The position numbers and the translations under genes are program-made. Positions 53,903-63,361 of a DNA stretch of 64,000 nucleotides are shown here, piece by piece. The stretch's first letter is position 1; the number at the start of each line of letters is the position of its first letter. Source of the stretch: Chloroflexota bacterium. Its GTDB lineage: Bacteria; Chloroflexota; Limnocylindria; Limnocylindrales; CSP1-4. The stretch covers positions 462 through 64,461 of the forward strand of contig PLOC01000003.1 of NCBI GenBank assembly GCA_003141955.1, in the 5' to 3' direction. The notes beneath the pieces are model-generated. The model did no database searches. It saw only the letters and a list, made by a program, of their open reading frames with translations, and had not been told where the DNA came from.

Positions 53903-54624
53903 CTCAGCCGATCGTCGTCCATTCGGCAAGCGAGGCCGATGCACACCTCTGGCGGCTGACCAAGGAGATCACGGTCTTGTTCGCCGGCCTGCCATGGGTC
54001 CTCATCGGGGGTCAGATGGTCGCCATCCTCGAGGCTGAGCACGGGGCTGTTATTGGCAGGGCGACGGCAGACGTCGACGCGCTGCTCGATGTGCGGGTCG
54101 TGTCCACCGTCGCCCAGGATGCCGCAAATCTCCTCCGAGCTGCTGGCTTCGAGCCTGAGCAGATCGGCGAAGGACTGGCATATCGCTTCAGGCGAGGCGC
54201 TGGCATCGTCGACATCCTGGTTCCCGACCATCTCGGCGGCCGCGCCGATTTGCGGACTGTGCCGCCCGGCATCACGCTTGAGGCGCTTGGTGGCCGCCAA
54301 GCGCTGAACCGGTCTCGCCGGGTTCAGGTGGATGCCGGGGACGGCGTCTTCGAGGTGCCCATCCCTTCGCTCATCGGCGCGATCGTGATCAAGGCCCGCG
54401 TTACCGGGGCCAGCCAGACTGGCGCCGACAAACACCGTCGCGATCTCGCCCGATTGCTCGCCCTGGTCCAAGACCCAACCGCAAGCCGAGGTGAGCTGAA
54501 CAAGGGTGAGCGAGCCTGTTTGCGAGCTCGGACCGAACTTCGGAGCGTCGATCACCCGGCCTGGCGCGGCATCGCAGGAGCGAAAGACGGCGTCCTGGCC
54601 CTCTCGATCCTGGGTGGCTCGTAG
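53899..54624 (+). CDS. AbiEii-like nucleotidyltransferase (putative toxin)
   Basis: LIGGQMV...RATADVD, VDILVP, IVIKA, KHRRDL; GTGA overlap. Confidence 0.65.
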   Translation: MTQPIVVHSASEADAHLWRLTKEITVLFAGLPWVLIGGQMVAILEAEHGAVIGRATADVDALLDVRVVSTVAQDAANLLRAAGFEPEQIGEGLAYRFRRGAGIVDILVPDHLGGRADLRTVPPGITLEALGGRQALNRSRRVQVDAGDGVFEVPIPSLIGAIVIKARVTGASQTGADKHRRDLARLLALVQDPTASRGELNKGERACLRARTELRSVDHPAWRGIAGAKDGVLALSILGGS

Positions 54625-54659
54625 CCATCGCAGCAGGGGCTGGCTCGTGTCAAGTCGCC

Positions 54660-54806
54660 AAGAGCAACAGCGTATAACTGGGTGAGAAACCGAGGGGTCG
54701 CCATGAGGGGGGCCGTGGCTGTGGGAGGCTCAGACTTGGGAAGCAGACACTCTGCCAGCTGAGTTACTCCCGCTCGGAGCAGAACGAGTTATAGCAGATC
54801 GCGCGA
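54660..54806. repeat. att junction copy 1: element arm, tRNA 5' half and tRNA promoter
   Basis: Similar to 56848-56996; TGCTATAAC on the minus strand at 54788-54796. Confidence 0.85.
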
Positions 54807-54930
54807 AGGCCGCGGAAGAGCGCGATTGGGCGGAGGTCTGCCAGACGCGAAGAATGTCGGAAGGTCGGTTTGCCGCTGGTCTCCACGAGATGACCCGACG
54901 AAGAACTTCGGCGGCGGCCCGTCCCGAGCC

Positions 54931-55590
54931 TCAGCTAGGCAGCGCCCTGTTCGCCCGTACCCATTCGAGCCAGTGGCGTTCGGCTCCGATGGTGGTTGCC
55001 GCACCGTGGCCGGGCAACACCGTCAGCCGGTCGTCCAGACCGACCAGGCGGCTCAGCGACTCTGCCATCTGCTCCTCGGATCCGCCGGGGAGATCGGTCC
55101 GGCCCCATGATCCTGCGAACAGCGTGTCACCCGAGAGCAGGAGACTGTTCGTGAGGTCGAGCAGACAGACCGAGCCCTCGGTGTGTCCCGGCGTGTGCAG
55201 GACCTCGAGGTCGATCTCGCCGAACTTGACTCGGCCACCCTCGGCCAGTTCCACCGCCGGAACGCTGGGCGGGATGGGAAACGGGGCGAAGAGCGGCTGC
55301 GGGTGCAAGAGCATCTCGCGGTCGAGTGGATGCACGGCGATGCGAGCGTCGTCGCCGCGTTGACGACCGTGCGTCCAGGCTTGCACAGCCGCGTTGTCGC
55401 CCACGTGGTCCCAGTGGCCGTGGGTGGACACGATCAGTTTCAGCCGCCAGCCACGCTCCTCGAGGAGGCCGCCCAGCCAGGCAACCGAGGGAATCGCCGT
55501 GTCGATCGCGATCGCCTCGTGCGTCCGCGAATCGGCGAGGACGTAGACGTTGGTCGCGATCGGGCCAACCGTCCGGCTGAGGAGCTCCAT
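54931..55590 (-). CDS. MBL-fold hydrolase (glyoxalase II/YcbL-like)
   Basis: THGHWDH, TPGHTEG, SGDTLF..GRTDLPGG, PGHG. Confidence 0.9.
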   Translation of the reverse strand: MELLSRTVGPIATNVYVLADSRTHEAIAIDTAIPSVAWLGGLLEERGWRLKLIVSTHGHWDHVGDNAAVQAWTHGRQRGDDARIAVHPLDREMLLHPQPLFAPFPIPPSVPAVELAEGGRVKFGEIDLEVLHTPGHTEGSVCLLDLTNSLLLSGDTLFAGSWGRTDLPGGSEEQMAESLSRLVGLDDRLTVLPGHGAATTIGAERHWLEWVRANRALPS

Positions 55591-55820
55591 GCTCGGAGAC
55601 TAGCACGGCTTCGAGGTGGTCCCGCTGGCCACCAGCCTGGGCCGTTGCGGCACATGGTCGGCGCCGCGAGTCGGTCCCATCAGACTGGCGCCGGTCAACT
55701 TACGATCCGACGGGCGGCTCACACAGGTTTCGGTCTCGCGTCCGCGACCACGAGGTGGCGCGTTCGGCGTAGGCTGGACAAGTCCGGGTTCATCGCGCCC
55801 TGTGGGCCGCCCATACCGTA

Positions 55821-55926
55821 GCGGGCTGGCGCTCGCGGACGATGGTTTCGCGCTACGCGGCGTCGGCCGCCACCGAACGGGCCGCTGAGGTGGGCAAGCG
55901 GTTGAGCCCGGGCCGACAAGCTTTAG
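55821..55926 (+). pseudogene. C-terminal remnant of a sibling integrase
   Basis: AGWRSRTMVSRYAASAATERAAEVGKRLSPG nearly matches the end of 51867-52907; +1 frameshift; downstream DNA also similar. Confidence 0.88.
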
Positions 55927-56111
55927 GTGCTGGTTCGTGGGAGATTACCCAGCCTAAGGTCCCGCACGGTCGCCTGGGGCGGGGTTGCCGAGTTCGTCTG
56001 TGGTCTCCGCCGCCGGTGTTCGCCGTCCCGAGCCGCAGGGCGAGTCGCCGGAGGCGGTCCTCGACTGCGAGATGCTCACCGCCAGGAGTGCCGTCCGCGG
56101 TGTGTGTGATG

Positions 56112-56573
56112 TCAGGTGTCGGAGCGGAGCGGCTCGAGTGTGAGGGTCAGCACGTCCTTTCGCGCGAAGATGCCCAGGAAGCGAACGCCGCAGAGGAAGA
56201 GCGCGACGCCGAGCCCGCTGTAGAAGAAGGCGATCATCCAGTCCGGCATCAGGTGCGAGAGGCGGAGTGCCATGCCGCCGCCCATCATCACCGCCATCAC
56301 CGCCCAGGACGAGGCGTTGAAGAAGTGCCAGAAGGGGAGCCGATCCTCCGCCCGCGCGCGGATTCGACCGGCGTGCTTCCGGACGAGCCGGGAGAAGATG
56401 ACGAAGTAGAACACGAGGAAGATCACCACCGCGAGCGGGAAGAGGATCAGGTGCGAGGGCGCCAGCCCGAACTCCAACGGCAGCCCGATTATGCAGACCA
56501 TCGCCCCCGCCGCGCACCAGACTAGGCCGGCGATGAGCATCAGGTGGTTCTTGGGAATGTGGACGACTTGCAC
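56112..56573 (-). CDS. Hypothetical 4-TM membrane protein
   Basis: Hydrophobic helices; GTG downstream of aggag. Confidence 0.7.
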   Translation of the reverse strand: MQVVHIPKNHLMLIAGLVWCAAGAMVCIIGLPLEFGLAPSHLILFPLAVVIFLVFYFVIFSRLVRKHAGRIRARAEDRLPFWHFFNASSWAVMAVMMGGGMALRLSHLMPDWMIAFFYSGLGVALFLCGVRFLGIFARKDVLTLTLEPLRSDT

Positions 56574-56847
56574 GCTTCGAACACTCCTGACGCACTGGTC
56601 GATGGGTGGCGCGATTGTACCCACACGGAATGTGAGGTCGCGCGCAGAGGTATCAGCCTGGCGCTCCACGGCTCGGGGTGCGCATCACTGCCCGTCGGCG
56701 ATGTCCCGCGCTGGTCCGATCTTCCGGCCGGGGATCGTTTGGGACCCTACGGCCGCCCCCGGGTGGCTCCTCGACGAACTGCTGCCGAACCTGGAGATCT
56801 GACGGGCGATTGGGGCGGCATGGCGGTCCACTCGTCTCGAATTGGCC

Positions 56848-56996
56848 CAGAGTGACAGCGGATAACTGTGGTCGAAACGGAGGGGTCGCCACGAGGGGAG
56901 CCGTGGCTATGGGAGGCTCAGACTTGGGAAGCAGACACTCTGCCAGCTGAGTTACTCCCGCTCGGCGAGCAAGCGCAGTTATAGCAGATCGCGCGA
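56848..56996. repeat. att junction copy 2 (tRNA-Gly 5' half at 56923-56961)
   Basis: 42-bp core identical to copy 1, flanks diverged. Confidence 0.85.
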
Positions 56997-57185
56997 GAGG
57001 GTCGGAAGGGGGCTGGTCAAGGGCTTTCGGTCGCGCGGACATTCTGCGCAGGAGGCAAAGGCACTCGGTCTATCGGCCTTGTTCTGGTTCTGGCCGAGCG
57101 ACGGGATGGCGCAACGCGCCTGAACCGGTGGCCCGAGGACGGTCGATTCGCTGCCATCCCCGGCCACCGCGGCGTCCAGCGACCC

Positions 57186-57392
57186 TCAGGCGTCGTCCAG
57201 GATCCGGTCGGCCTTCCGGTCGATCTTCTGCTTCTGAGCGCCGGTGATCTTCCCTTCGCTCTCTTGCTGGGACGCGCGTGCCTTGGCATTGCGGGCGTGA
57301 GATTCGTCGGGCATCGGGTACTTGCGCTCGCCGGGTAGCCCGAAATCCGAGCTGGGCAGAGACTCTCGTTTCTTGGGACTCAGCTTGGCCAT
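57186..57392 (-). CDS. Small basic stress-type protein (DUF6582-like)
   Basis: LPSSDFGLPGERKYPMPDESHARNAKAR; aaggag RBS. Confidence 0.75.
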   Translation of the reverse strand: MAKLSPKKRESLPSSDFGLPGERKYPMPDESHARNAKARASQQESEGKITGAQKQKIDRKADRILDDA

Positions 57393-57715
57393 CTTGGTCA
57401 CTCCTTTGACTAGTGCGCGTGCGCAGAAGCCATCAGCGCTGGGATCGGCACCGGAATGGGCCTGCCTGGCAGGTCTGGTCTCTCCTGCCTCGCTCCGTCG
57501 GCGTCGTCGGCGTCATCGTCTTCGTGGTCATCGTTCTCTGGGTATTCGGCTCATCAGGCTGTAAGCCGAGGCGTCGGGGCCACCACTCGGAACGTTCCTC
57601 GATGAGGTCAGGCGCGGTAGTTAGGAGTGGCAGGCACGACAAGATCGCGTCCTCGCGCTTGGGACGCGATCTCGTTAGGAGTGAGGGATCGGCCCGCGCA
57701 AGATGGCGCGGGCTA

Positions 57716-57787
57716 TCAGCGACGGTAGAGACTGAACCCGCCGCCGAAAAGGAGGATGAGGACCACGATGATTAGCAGGATTTCCAT
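57716..57787 (-). CDS. 23-aa single-TM micropeptide
   Basis: MEILLIIVVLILLFGGGFSLYRR, with aaagaagg upstream. Confidence 0.6.
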   Translation of the reverse strand: MEILLIIVVLILLFGGGFSLYRR

Positions 57788-58029
57788 GGGGAACCTTCTT
57801 TCGGCCTCAGCTTGGTCGTCTTCACCCGAAGGAACGAGGATGGAAACTCCATTCCGGAGAACCGCAGTCGACCACAGCCGGCAGTGGGCCGCTCCGCGAT
57901 TAGGGCCGTGCTCCGCCGTTGAGGAGGCGGGTTCTCATCCTCGCGGCCGGCGTCGATGGCGCCCAGACTCAAAGAGCGGCATGAGGATTCATGCCTGACT
58001 TGGGCAAGCGCAGCTAATGGAGTACCGAG

Positions 58030-58203
58030 ATGACCGGTGAGTACAACAAAGGCACTGTCAACAAGGCCAAGGGCAAGGTCGAGGAAGGGCTCGGCAAGTT
58101 GACCGGCAACACGTCGCAGCAAGCCAAGGGCAAGGCAAAGCAGGTCCAGGGTAGCGCCCAGCAGGCCGTGGGCAACGTCCAGGACGCCACCCGACGGCGC
58201 TGA
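58030..58203 (+). CDS. csbD: CsbD-family protein
   Basis: MTGEYNKGTVNKAKGKVEEGLGKLTGN..QAKGKAKQVQG; ggag RBS; absent from the ORF track. Confidence 0.85.
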   Translation: MTGEYNKGTVNKAKGKVEEGLGKLTGNTSQQAKGKAKQVQGSAQQAVGNVQDATRRR

Positions 58204-58519
58204 CAGGGAGGCCGTCGTCGAAGACGGCATGAAGCGCCCACGCGCTAACGCTCAGCTGGAGCGCGAGGCCCGTTCGTCTAGCTGAGAGCCGCAGTCTGCT
58301 CAACACATGGCGCTGTGGCGCCTGGAGCGGGGCGCGCGAACTCTGATTGAGCTAGGTGTAGAGGTCCTCGAACGCGGCGAATATCGCGAAGAACAGCCGC
58401 TGCACGATCTCATCGAATCGCCCACTCGTCGCCGTTGGGCGCTCGCCACCGTGGGCCGCCCTGTTCCGAACGACCAGCGCGATCGAGGCGTCGCTCTCAC
58501 GTGGGGTCAGGACGCGTGG

Positions 58520-58777
58520 GAAGCCCGCGTCTACGACAGCACCCCGGCGCATGCATTCCTGCGGATGCTCGATCCCAAGAACGGGCTCGCCCCGGGCGAC
58601 CCGGCGCGCATGGCGGCCGGAATCATTTCGAGCGTTGACCGAGAGCCCGCTCCCTTGCGCATGATCCTGGGATCCGACGCGCTCCGGAATACCCTCACGG
58701 TACTCAAGGCGCGCGTCGCAGCGTTCGAGGCGCAGACCGAGATCGCTGCCTCGACAGACTTCCCGCCCGGAGAGTGA
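58520..58777 (+). pseudogene. C-terminal fragment of an SDR oxidoreductase
   Basis: PGDPARMA...PLRMILGSDAL...AASTDF tail without a Rossmann N-terminus; left boundary approximate. Confidence 0.65.
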
Positions 58778-58818
58778 TGTTCGTGGACACTGAGCGTCGA
58801 CGTTCCAAAGGAGAAGAG

Positions 58819-59217
58819 ATGCAGGTCCTCAAGAAGCAGCCGACGGTGAAGGCTCCGGCCGAGACATTCACGGGCGACGCCTGGTTCGACGTCATCGCCC
58901 GCGGCGAGGAACCGTCGCGGATTCGCGTCAGCGTCGTCCGGTTCGCGCCGGGCGCACGCAATGCCTGGCATGCGCACGCGGTCGGGCAGACGGTGCACGT
59001 GACCGAGGGAGTAGGGCTCATCCAGGCTCGCGGCGAGAAGGTCATCGAGATTCACCCCGGCGACACTATCCACACCCCTCCCGGCGAGTGGCACTGGCAC
59101 GGAGCCGCGCCCGATCGCTTCATGACTCACCTCGCCATGTGGGAGGCGTCGGCCGAGGGCGAGGAAGCTGAGTGGGGCGCACTGGTCACCGACGCCGAGT
59201 ACCTCGGCAGTCGGTAG
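58819..59217 (+). CDS. Cupin domain protein
   Basis: FTGDAW, FAPGARNAWHAH, PGEWHWHGA. Confidence 0.9.
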   Translation: MQVLKKQPTVKAPAETFTGDAWFDVIARGEEPSRIRVSVVRFAPGARNAWHAHAVGQTVHVTEGVGLIQARGEKVIEIHPGDTIHTPPGEWHWHGAAPDRFMTHLAMWEASAEGEEAEWGALVTDAEYLGSR

Positions 59218-59242
59218 CCGGCAGGAGAAGGAGGTTTGCGCC

Positions 59243-59617
59243 ATGTCCGGCTGGACTGCGGACGAGCTCGCGCGGATAGGCAAGGCCGACGAGCTCCAGA
59301 TCACTTCGCGACGCCGCGACGGTTCCCTCCGGCCCTACGTGACCATCTGGGTCGTCCGCTCGGGCGACGACCTGTACGTGCGCTCAGCCTATGGTCGGCA
59401 CAACGGCTGGTTCCGGCGCGCGCTGTCGTCTGGCGCGGGCCGGATCCGCGCCGGCGGTTTGGAGCGGGACGTCGCGTTCGAGGAGCCAGGTTCCGCCGTG
59501 GACGACGAGCTCCACCGGGCCTACCACGCGAAGTACGACCGCTACGGGCCGACCTTCGTCGGTCCGGTGGTTTCGCCCGAGGCGGCCAGGTCAACCCTCA
59601 GGCTCGTGCCTAGGTAG
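59243..59617 (+). CDS. DUF2255-family protein
   Basis: WTADELARIG, RRDGSLR...IWVV, YVRS, YHAKY. Confidence 0.8.
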   Translation: MSGWTADELARIGKADELQITSRRRDGSLRPYVTIWVVRSGDDLYVRSAYGRHNGWFRRALSSGAGRIRAGGLERDVAFEEPGSAVDDELHRAYHAKYDRYGPTFVGPVVSPEAARSTLRLVPR

Positions 59618-59693
59618 ACGTATCTCGGGTCTTGCGATACGGCCTCGAGATGGACGGGGAGGCGAGCCCATAAGCGAGCGTCGTGCCAGTCGT

Positions 59694-59721
59694 GATCACG
59701 ATAGGTGTTGTTATCGTGATC
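59694..59721. other. dif-like 11-6-11 palindromic site A
   Basis: GATCACGATAG-GTGTTG-TTATCGTGATC. Confidence 0.45.
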
Positions 59722-59779
59722 AGGCCGACCCGGTGGCACGGGATCCGGTTGATTTCGCGACGAGGCCCGATACTGTGAA

Positions 59780-60691
59780 GTGGATATGAGCGAGCCTTCA
59801 TCGGACTCCGATCCCACCGATGGCACGACGAAGCGTAACGGGCCCGAACCTGGATTCGAAGAGATCCCGCTCGACCTCTCCAAGGTGCCCTCGCTCGAAC
59901 AGGGTCTCGCCGACGCCTCGAGGCGTTACCGGGTCTTCATGGAGATCGTTGGCGAGTCCCTGCGGCCGATCAAGGGCGCAGTGATCTTCCGCGAGCACCT
60001 GGCTCTCGTGTCGTTTGTCAACCGAGCATCATCTCTCCACAAGGCGATCGTGTCGGCGGTCGAGGGCGCAAACCCTCATGCGGCCTTCACACTCCTGCGG
60101 GCATACCTCGCACTCGTCGTTCTAGTCCGGTATCTCGACCTACACCCTGGCTACCTCGACGACTTGGAGAAGCCCAGGCCGGCGGGAAAGCGCAAGAGGT
60201 TCAAGGAACTCTTCGAGGACGCCGCCAGCGAGATGGCCGGGGTCCGCCTCGTCTACGCCACCCTGTCGGAGATGGCGCACTTCGGCTCGACAGCCTTGTG
60301 GCACCCCTTCACCATCACGGATGAGGCCGAGCGGACGCTTTCCTTCTCGACTGCGCCGCACTGGAAGCACCCAGATGACGGCCGCATCGCCCTAGCGATG
60401 CTCGCCGAGTCCGACGAGGCAATGATCGAGGTCCTCCACCGCTACTCGGAGCACCACGTCCTGCCCAAGGTCGAGCAGCATCGCAGCGCCGAGCGCATCC
60501 GCGCCGCGTTCGAGGCCGCCGGCGCCACGCCCGGTGAGGTGGGCATCGGGTTCTTGTCACCCGAGCTAGGCCGGGAGGCGCTTGCTGCCGGGCTTGTCGA
60601 GTGGTGCGAGGAGCACGAAGCCATGGAAGTCGCCGAGGGGGTCACCCCCGAGCGGGTCGAGAAGTGGGTGCAGGAGCGTCAAGGCTCGTGA
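59780..60691 (+). CDS. Hypothetical helical protein (DUF5677/HEPN-like pattern)
   Basis: A..LLR..L and Y..LS..AH motifs. Confidence 0.55.
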   Translation: MDMSEPSSDSDPTDGTTKRNGPEPGFEEIPLDLSKVPSLEQGLADASRRYRVFMEIVGESLRPIKGAVIFREHLALVSFVNRASSLHKAIVSAVEGANPHAAFTLLRAYLALVVLVRYLDLHPGYLDDLEKPRPAGKRKRFKELFEDAASEMAGVRLVYATLSEMAHFGSTALWHPFTITDEAERTLSFSTAPHWKHPDDGRIALAMLAESDEAMIEVLHRYSEHHVLPKVEQHRSAERIRAAFEAAGATPGEVGIGFLSPELGREALAAGLVEWCEEHEAMEVAEGVTPERVEKWVQERQGS

Positions 60692-60757
60692 GAGGTTCGT
60701 AACCCGCTGTGGAGTCAACGGACCGTGTCGTCATCGCGCCCGTGCGGGCGCCCGTCG

Positions 60758-60785
60758 GTTCACGATAATGAGTTTTATGGTGTTA
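60758..60785. other. dif-like 11-6-11 site B
   Basis: GTTCACGATAA-TGAGTT-TTATGGTGTTA (ATAA-N6-TTATG core). Confidence 0.5.
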
Positions 60786-61099
60786 ACCGGCGAGCTCCAG
60801 ACGTCGGCTGCGCGCTCTGGCCGCGCCTGATCGGAGGGGGATTCGCCACGACCTGACTGAGACTGTTTGCCGGCGCGGCAGAATGTCGGGTTCGACGTGT
60901 CGACTACGGATCGTTGGAGGCGGGCGTCGTCATAATGGCCCTGCCCTGCACACTGCTGTTCCTCGGGCTCCAGGGACAGTACGTGCGAGGCTTCATGTCC
61001 GGAGCAATCAAGGGCTGATCGACCAGGGGCTGATCGACGGGGAGTGCGCGGTTCGGGCCCCCGATCGATCGAGACCCTAGATAGTTTGGAGTAGCTGAG

Positions 61100-62608
61100 T
61101 TGAAGGCGCTCGGAGAATTCGAGGTCTGGTTCGTAACGGGCAGCCAGGACCTCTACGGCGAAGAGACGCTCCGCCAGGTGGCCGAGAACTCGGGCAAGAT
61201 CGCGGCCGCCCTCGACTCCGGCGAGTCGATCCCGGTTCGAGTGGTCTGGAAGCCCGTCGTGAAGAACTCGGAAGCGATCCTGGCGACTCTCATCGAGGCG
61301 GGCGCCACGGACAAGTGCGTCGGCGTCATCGCCTGGATGCACACCTTCTCTCCGGCGAGGATGTGGATCGCCGGCCTGCAGGCCCTGCAGAAACCCCTTC
61401 TCCACCTGCACACCCAGTACAACCGCGATCTCCCGTGGGCCGAGATCGACATGGACTTCATGAACCTCAACCAGGCCGCGCACGGCGACCGTGAGTTCGC
61501 CCACATCGAGGCCAGGCTGGGGTTGCGGCGCAAGACGGTTGCCGGCCACTGGCAGGAGAAGGCGGTCCAGGAACGGATCGGAACGTGGTGCCGGGCCGCG
61601 TGCGGACTGCACGAGTCACGCCACCTCAAGCTGGCCCGCTTCGGCGACAACATGCGCAACGTGGCCGTCACCGAAGGCGACAAGGTCTCCGCCCAGGTGC
61701 AGTTCGGAGTCACGGTCAACGGCTTCGGCGTATCTGATCTAAGCGACGCGGTGCGGGCAGTGGCGGACGCAAAGGTCGACGAACTGGTTCGGGCCTATGA
61801 AGCCACATACGAAGTCGCACCGTCCCTCCGAGCCGGCGGCGCAGATCGCGAGGCCCTCCGCGAAGCGGCCCGGATAGAGGCTGCACTTCGGGAGTTCATG
61901 ACCGTGGGCGGCTTCAGCGCCATCACCGACACCTTCGAGAACCTCGATGGGCTCAAGCAGCTGCCCGGCATCGCCGCTCAGCGTTTGATGGCAGACGGCT
62001 ACGGGTTCGGTGCGGAAGGCGACTGGAAGACCGCCGTCATGGTCCGTCTGGTCAAGGTCATGGCGAAGGGGCTGCCGGGCGGAACGTCGTTCATGGAGGA
62101 CTACACATACCATCTCGATCCCGCAGGGCCGAAGGTGCTGGGCGCGCACATGCTCGAGGTCTGCCCCTCGATCTCCGACGGCAAGGTCTCCTGCGAGATT
62201 CATCCGCTGTCTATCGGCGGTAGAAGCGACCCCGTACGGCTGGTCTTTGACGCGGGATCCGGCCCGGCCGTGGTCACGGCCTTGATGGACATGGGCGACC
62301 GATTCCGGATCGTCGCCAACGAGATCGACCTCGTGCCGCCGGACGAGCCGATGGGCAAACTGCCCGTTGGGCGCGCGGTTTGGAAGCCACGCCCGAACTT
62401 CGCCACCGCAACCGAGAGCTGGCTCACAGCAGGTGGCTCTCACCACACAGTGCTGACCCGGGCCGTGGGTGTCGGAGTGATCGCCGACTTCGCCGAGATG
62501 GCCGGTTGCGAGTTTCTGCTTATCGACAGCGACACGACCGTCGCCAGCTTCAAGAAGGAGCTTCGCTGGAACGAGGCTTACTACCACCTGGCCCGTGGCC
62601 TGCGATGA
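61100..62608 (+). CDS. araA: L-arabinose isomerase
   Basis: [46 protein letters not shown]. Confidence 0.97.
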   Translation: MKALGEFEVWFVTGSQDLYGEETLRQVAENSGKIAAALDSGESIPVRVVWKPVVKNSEAILATLIEAGATDKCVGVIAWMHTFSPARMWIAGLQALQKPLLHLHTQYNRDLPWAEIDMDFMNLNQAAHGDREFAHIEARLGLRRKTVAGHWQEKAVQERIGTWCRAACGLHESRHLKLARFGDNMRNVAVTEGDKVSAQVQFGVTVNGFGVSDLSDAVRAVADAKVDELVRAYEATYEVAPSLRAGGADREALREAARIEAALREFMTVGGFSAITDTFENLDGLKQLPGIAAQRLMADGYGFGAEGDWKTAVMVRLVKVMAKGLPGGTSFMEDYTYHLDPAGPKVLGAHMLEVCPSISDGKVSCEIHPLSIGGRSDPVRLVFDAGSGPAVVTALMDMGDRFRIVANEIDLVPPDEPMGKLPVGRAVWKPRPNFATATESWLTAGGSHHTVLTRAVGVGVIADFAEMAGCEFLLIDSDTTVASFKKELRWNEAYYHLARGLR

Positions 62609-62641
62609 ACGCGGCCGTGCCCTGCGAACGGAGGAGACCAA

Positions 62642-63361
62642 TTGGCGTCGCTTTCGCTGGCTGAGTTGCGGGAAGAGGTCCTGCGAGCCAACCAGGCGCT
62701 CGTTCGTGCCGGGCTCGTGACCCTTTCATTCGGCAACGCCAGCGGCGTCGACCGAGATGCCGGCGTCCTCGTCATCAAACCGAGCGGGGTTCCTTACGAC
62801 GAGCTCCGACCGGAGAGCCTGGTCGTCGTCTCGCTCGAGGACGGCCGGGCAGTCGAAGGCCAGCTGAGCCCGTCTTCTGACACGCCCACTCACCTGGTCC
62901 TCTATCGCCGCTTCCCCGAGATTGGTGGCGTGGTCCACACGCACTCACCCGCAGCCACGGCCTGGGCTCAGGCCGGACGATCGATCCCTCCTCTGGGAAC
63001 GACGCACGCCGACCACTTCCTCGGCCCGGTGCCGGTGACGCGGCAAATGACCTCGAGCGAGGTCGCGGGCGAGTACGAGGCCGAGACCGGCGCAGTGATC
63101 ATCGAGGCGCTGGGGCGGCTTGGGCTGAGCGCCACCGAGATGCCGGCCGTGCTTGTGACCTCGCATGGGCCCTTTACCTGGGGCCGCGACGCCTCGGAGG
63201 CCGCGGACAACGCCACCGCCCTCGAGGCCGTGGCGGCGATGGCGGCTCAGACGCTCGCCCTCAACCCGAATGCCGAGCCGATGGCCGACTACCTGCTGGA
63301 GCGCCACTTTCGGCGTAAGCACGGCCCCAACGCTTACTACGGGCAGCGAGGCGGCGGATGA
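62642..63361 (+). CDS. araD: L-ribulose-5-phosphate 4-epimerase
   Basis: GNAS, IKPSG, PSSDTPTH, HTHS, GTTHAD, HGPFTWG, AYYGQ. Confidence 0.96.
   Translation: MASLSLAELREEVLRANQALVRAGLVTLSFGNASGVDRDAGVLVIKPSGVPYDELRPESLVVVSLEDGRAVEGQLSPSSDTPTHLVLYRRFPEIGGVVHTHSPAATAWAQAGRSIPPLGTTHADHFLGPVPVTRQMTSSEVAGEYEAETGAVIIEALGRLGLSATEMPAVLVTSHGPFTWGRDASEAADNATALEAVAAMAAQTLALNPNAEPMADYLLERHFRRKHGPNAYYGQRGGG

Larger units (their letters stand above)
51741..54776. mobile_element. Integrative mini-island at tRNA-Gly
   Basis: Identical 42-bp direct repeats (51741-51782, 54735-54776) flanking an integrase and two genes. Confidence 0.85.

Noticed and set aside
58244..58295. attC-like hairpin (gctaac, ctcagct...agctgag)
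   Set aside because: No matching GTTRRRY partner box and no integron integrase or cassette array
58307..58519. N-terminal half of the 156-aa ORF as a real fusion protein
   Set aside because: Looks like unrelated DNA read in frame with an SDR remnant at a deletion junction
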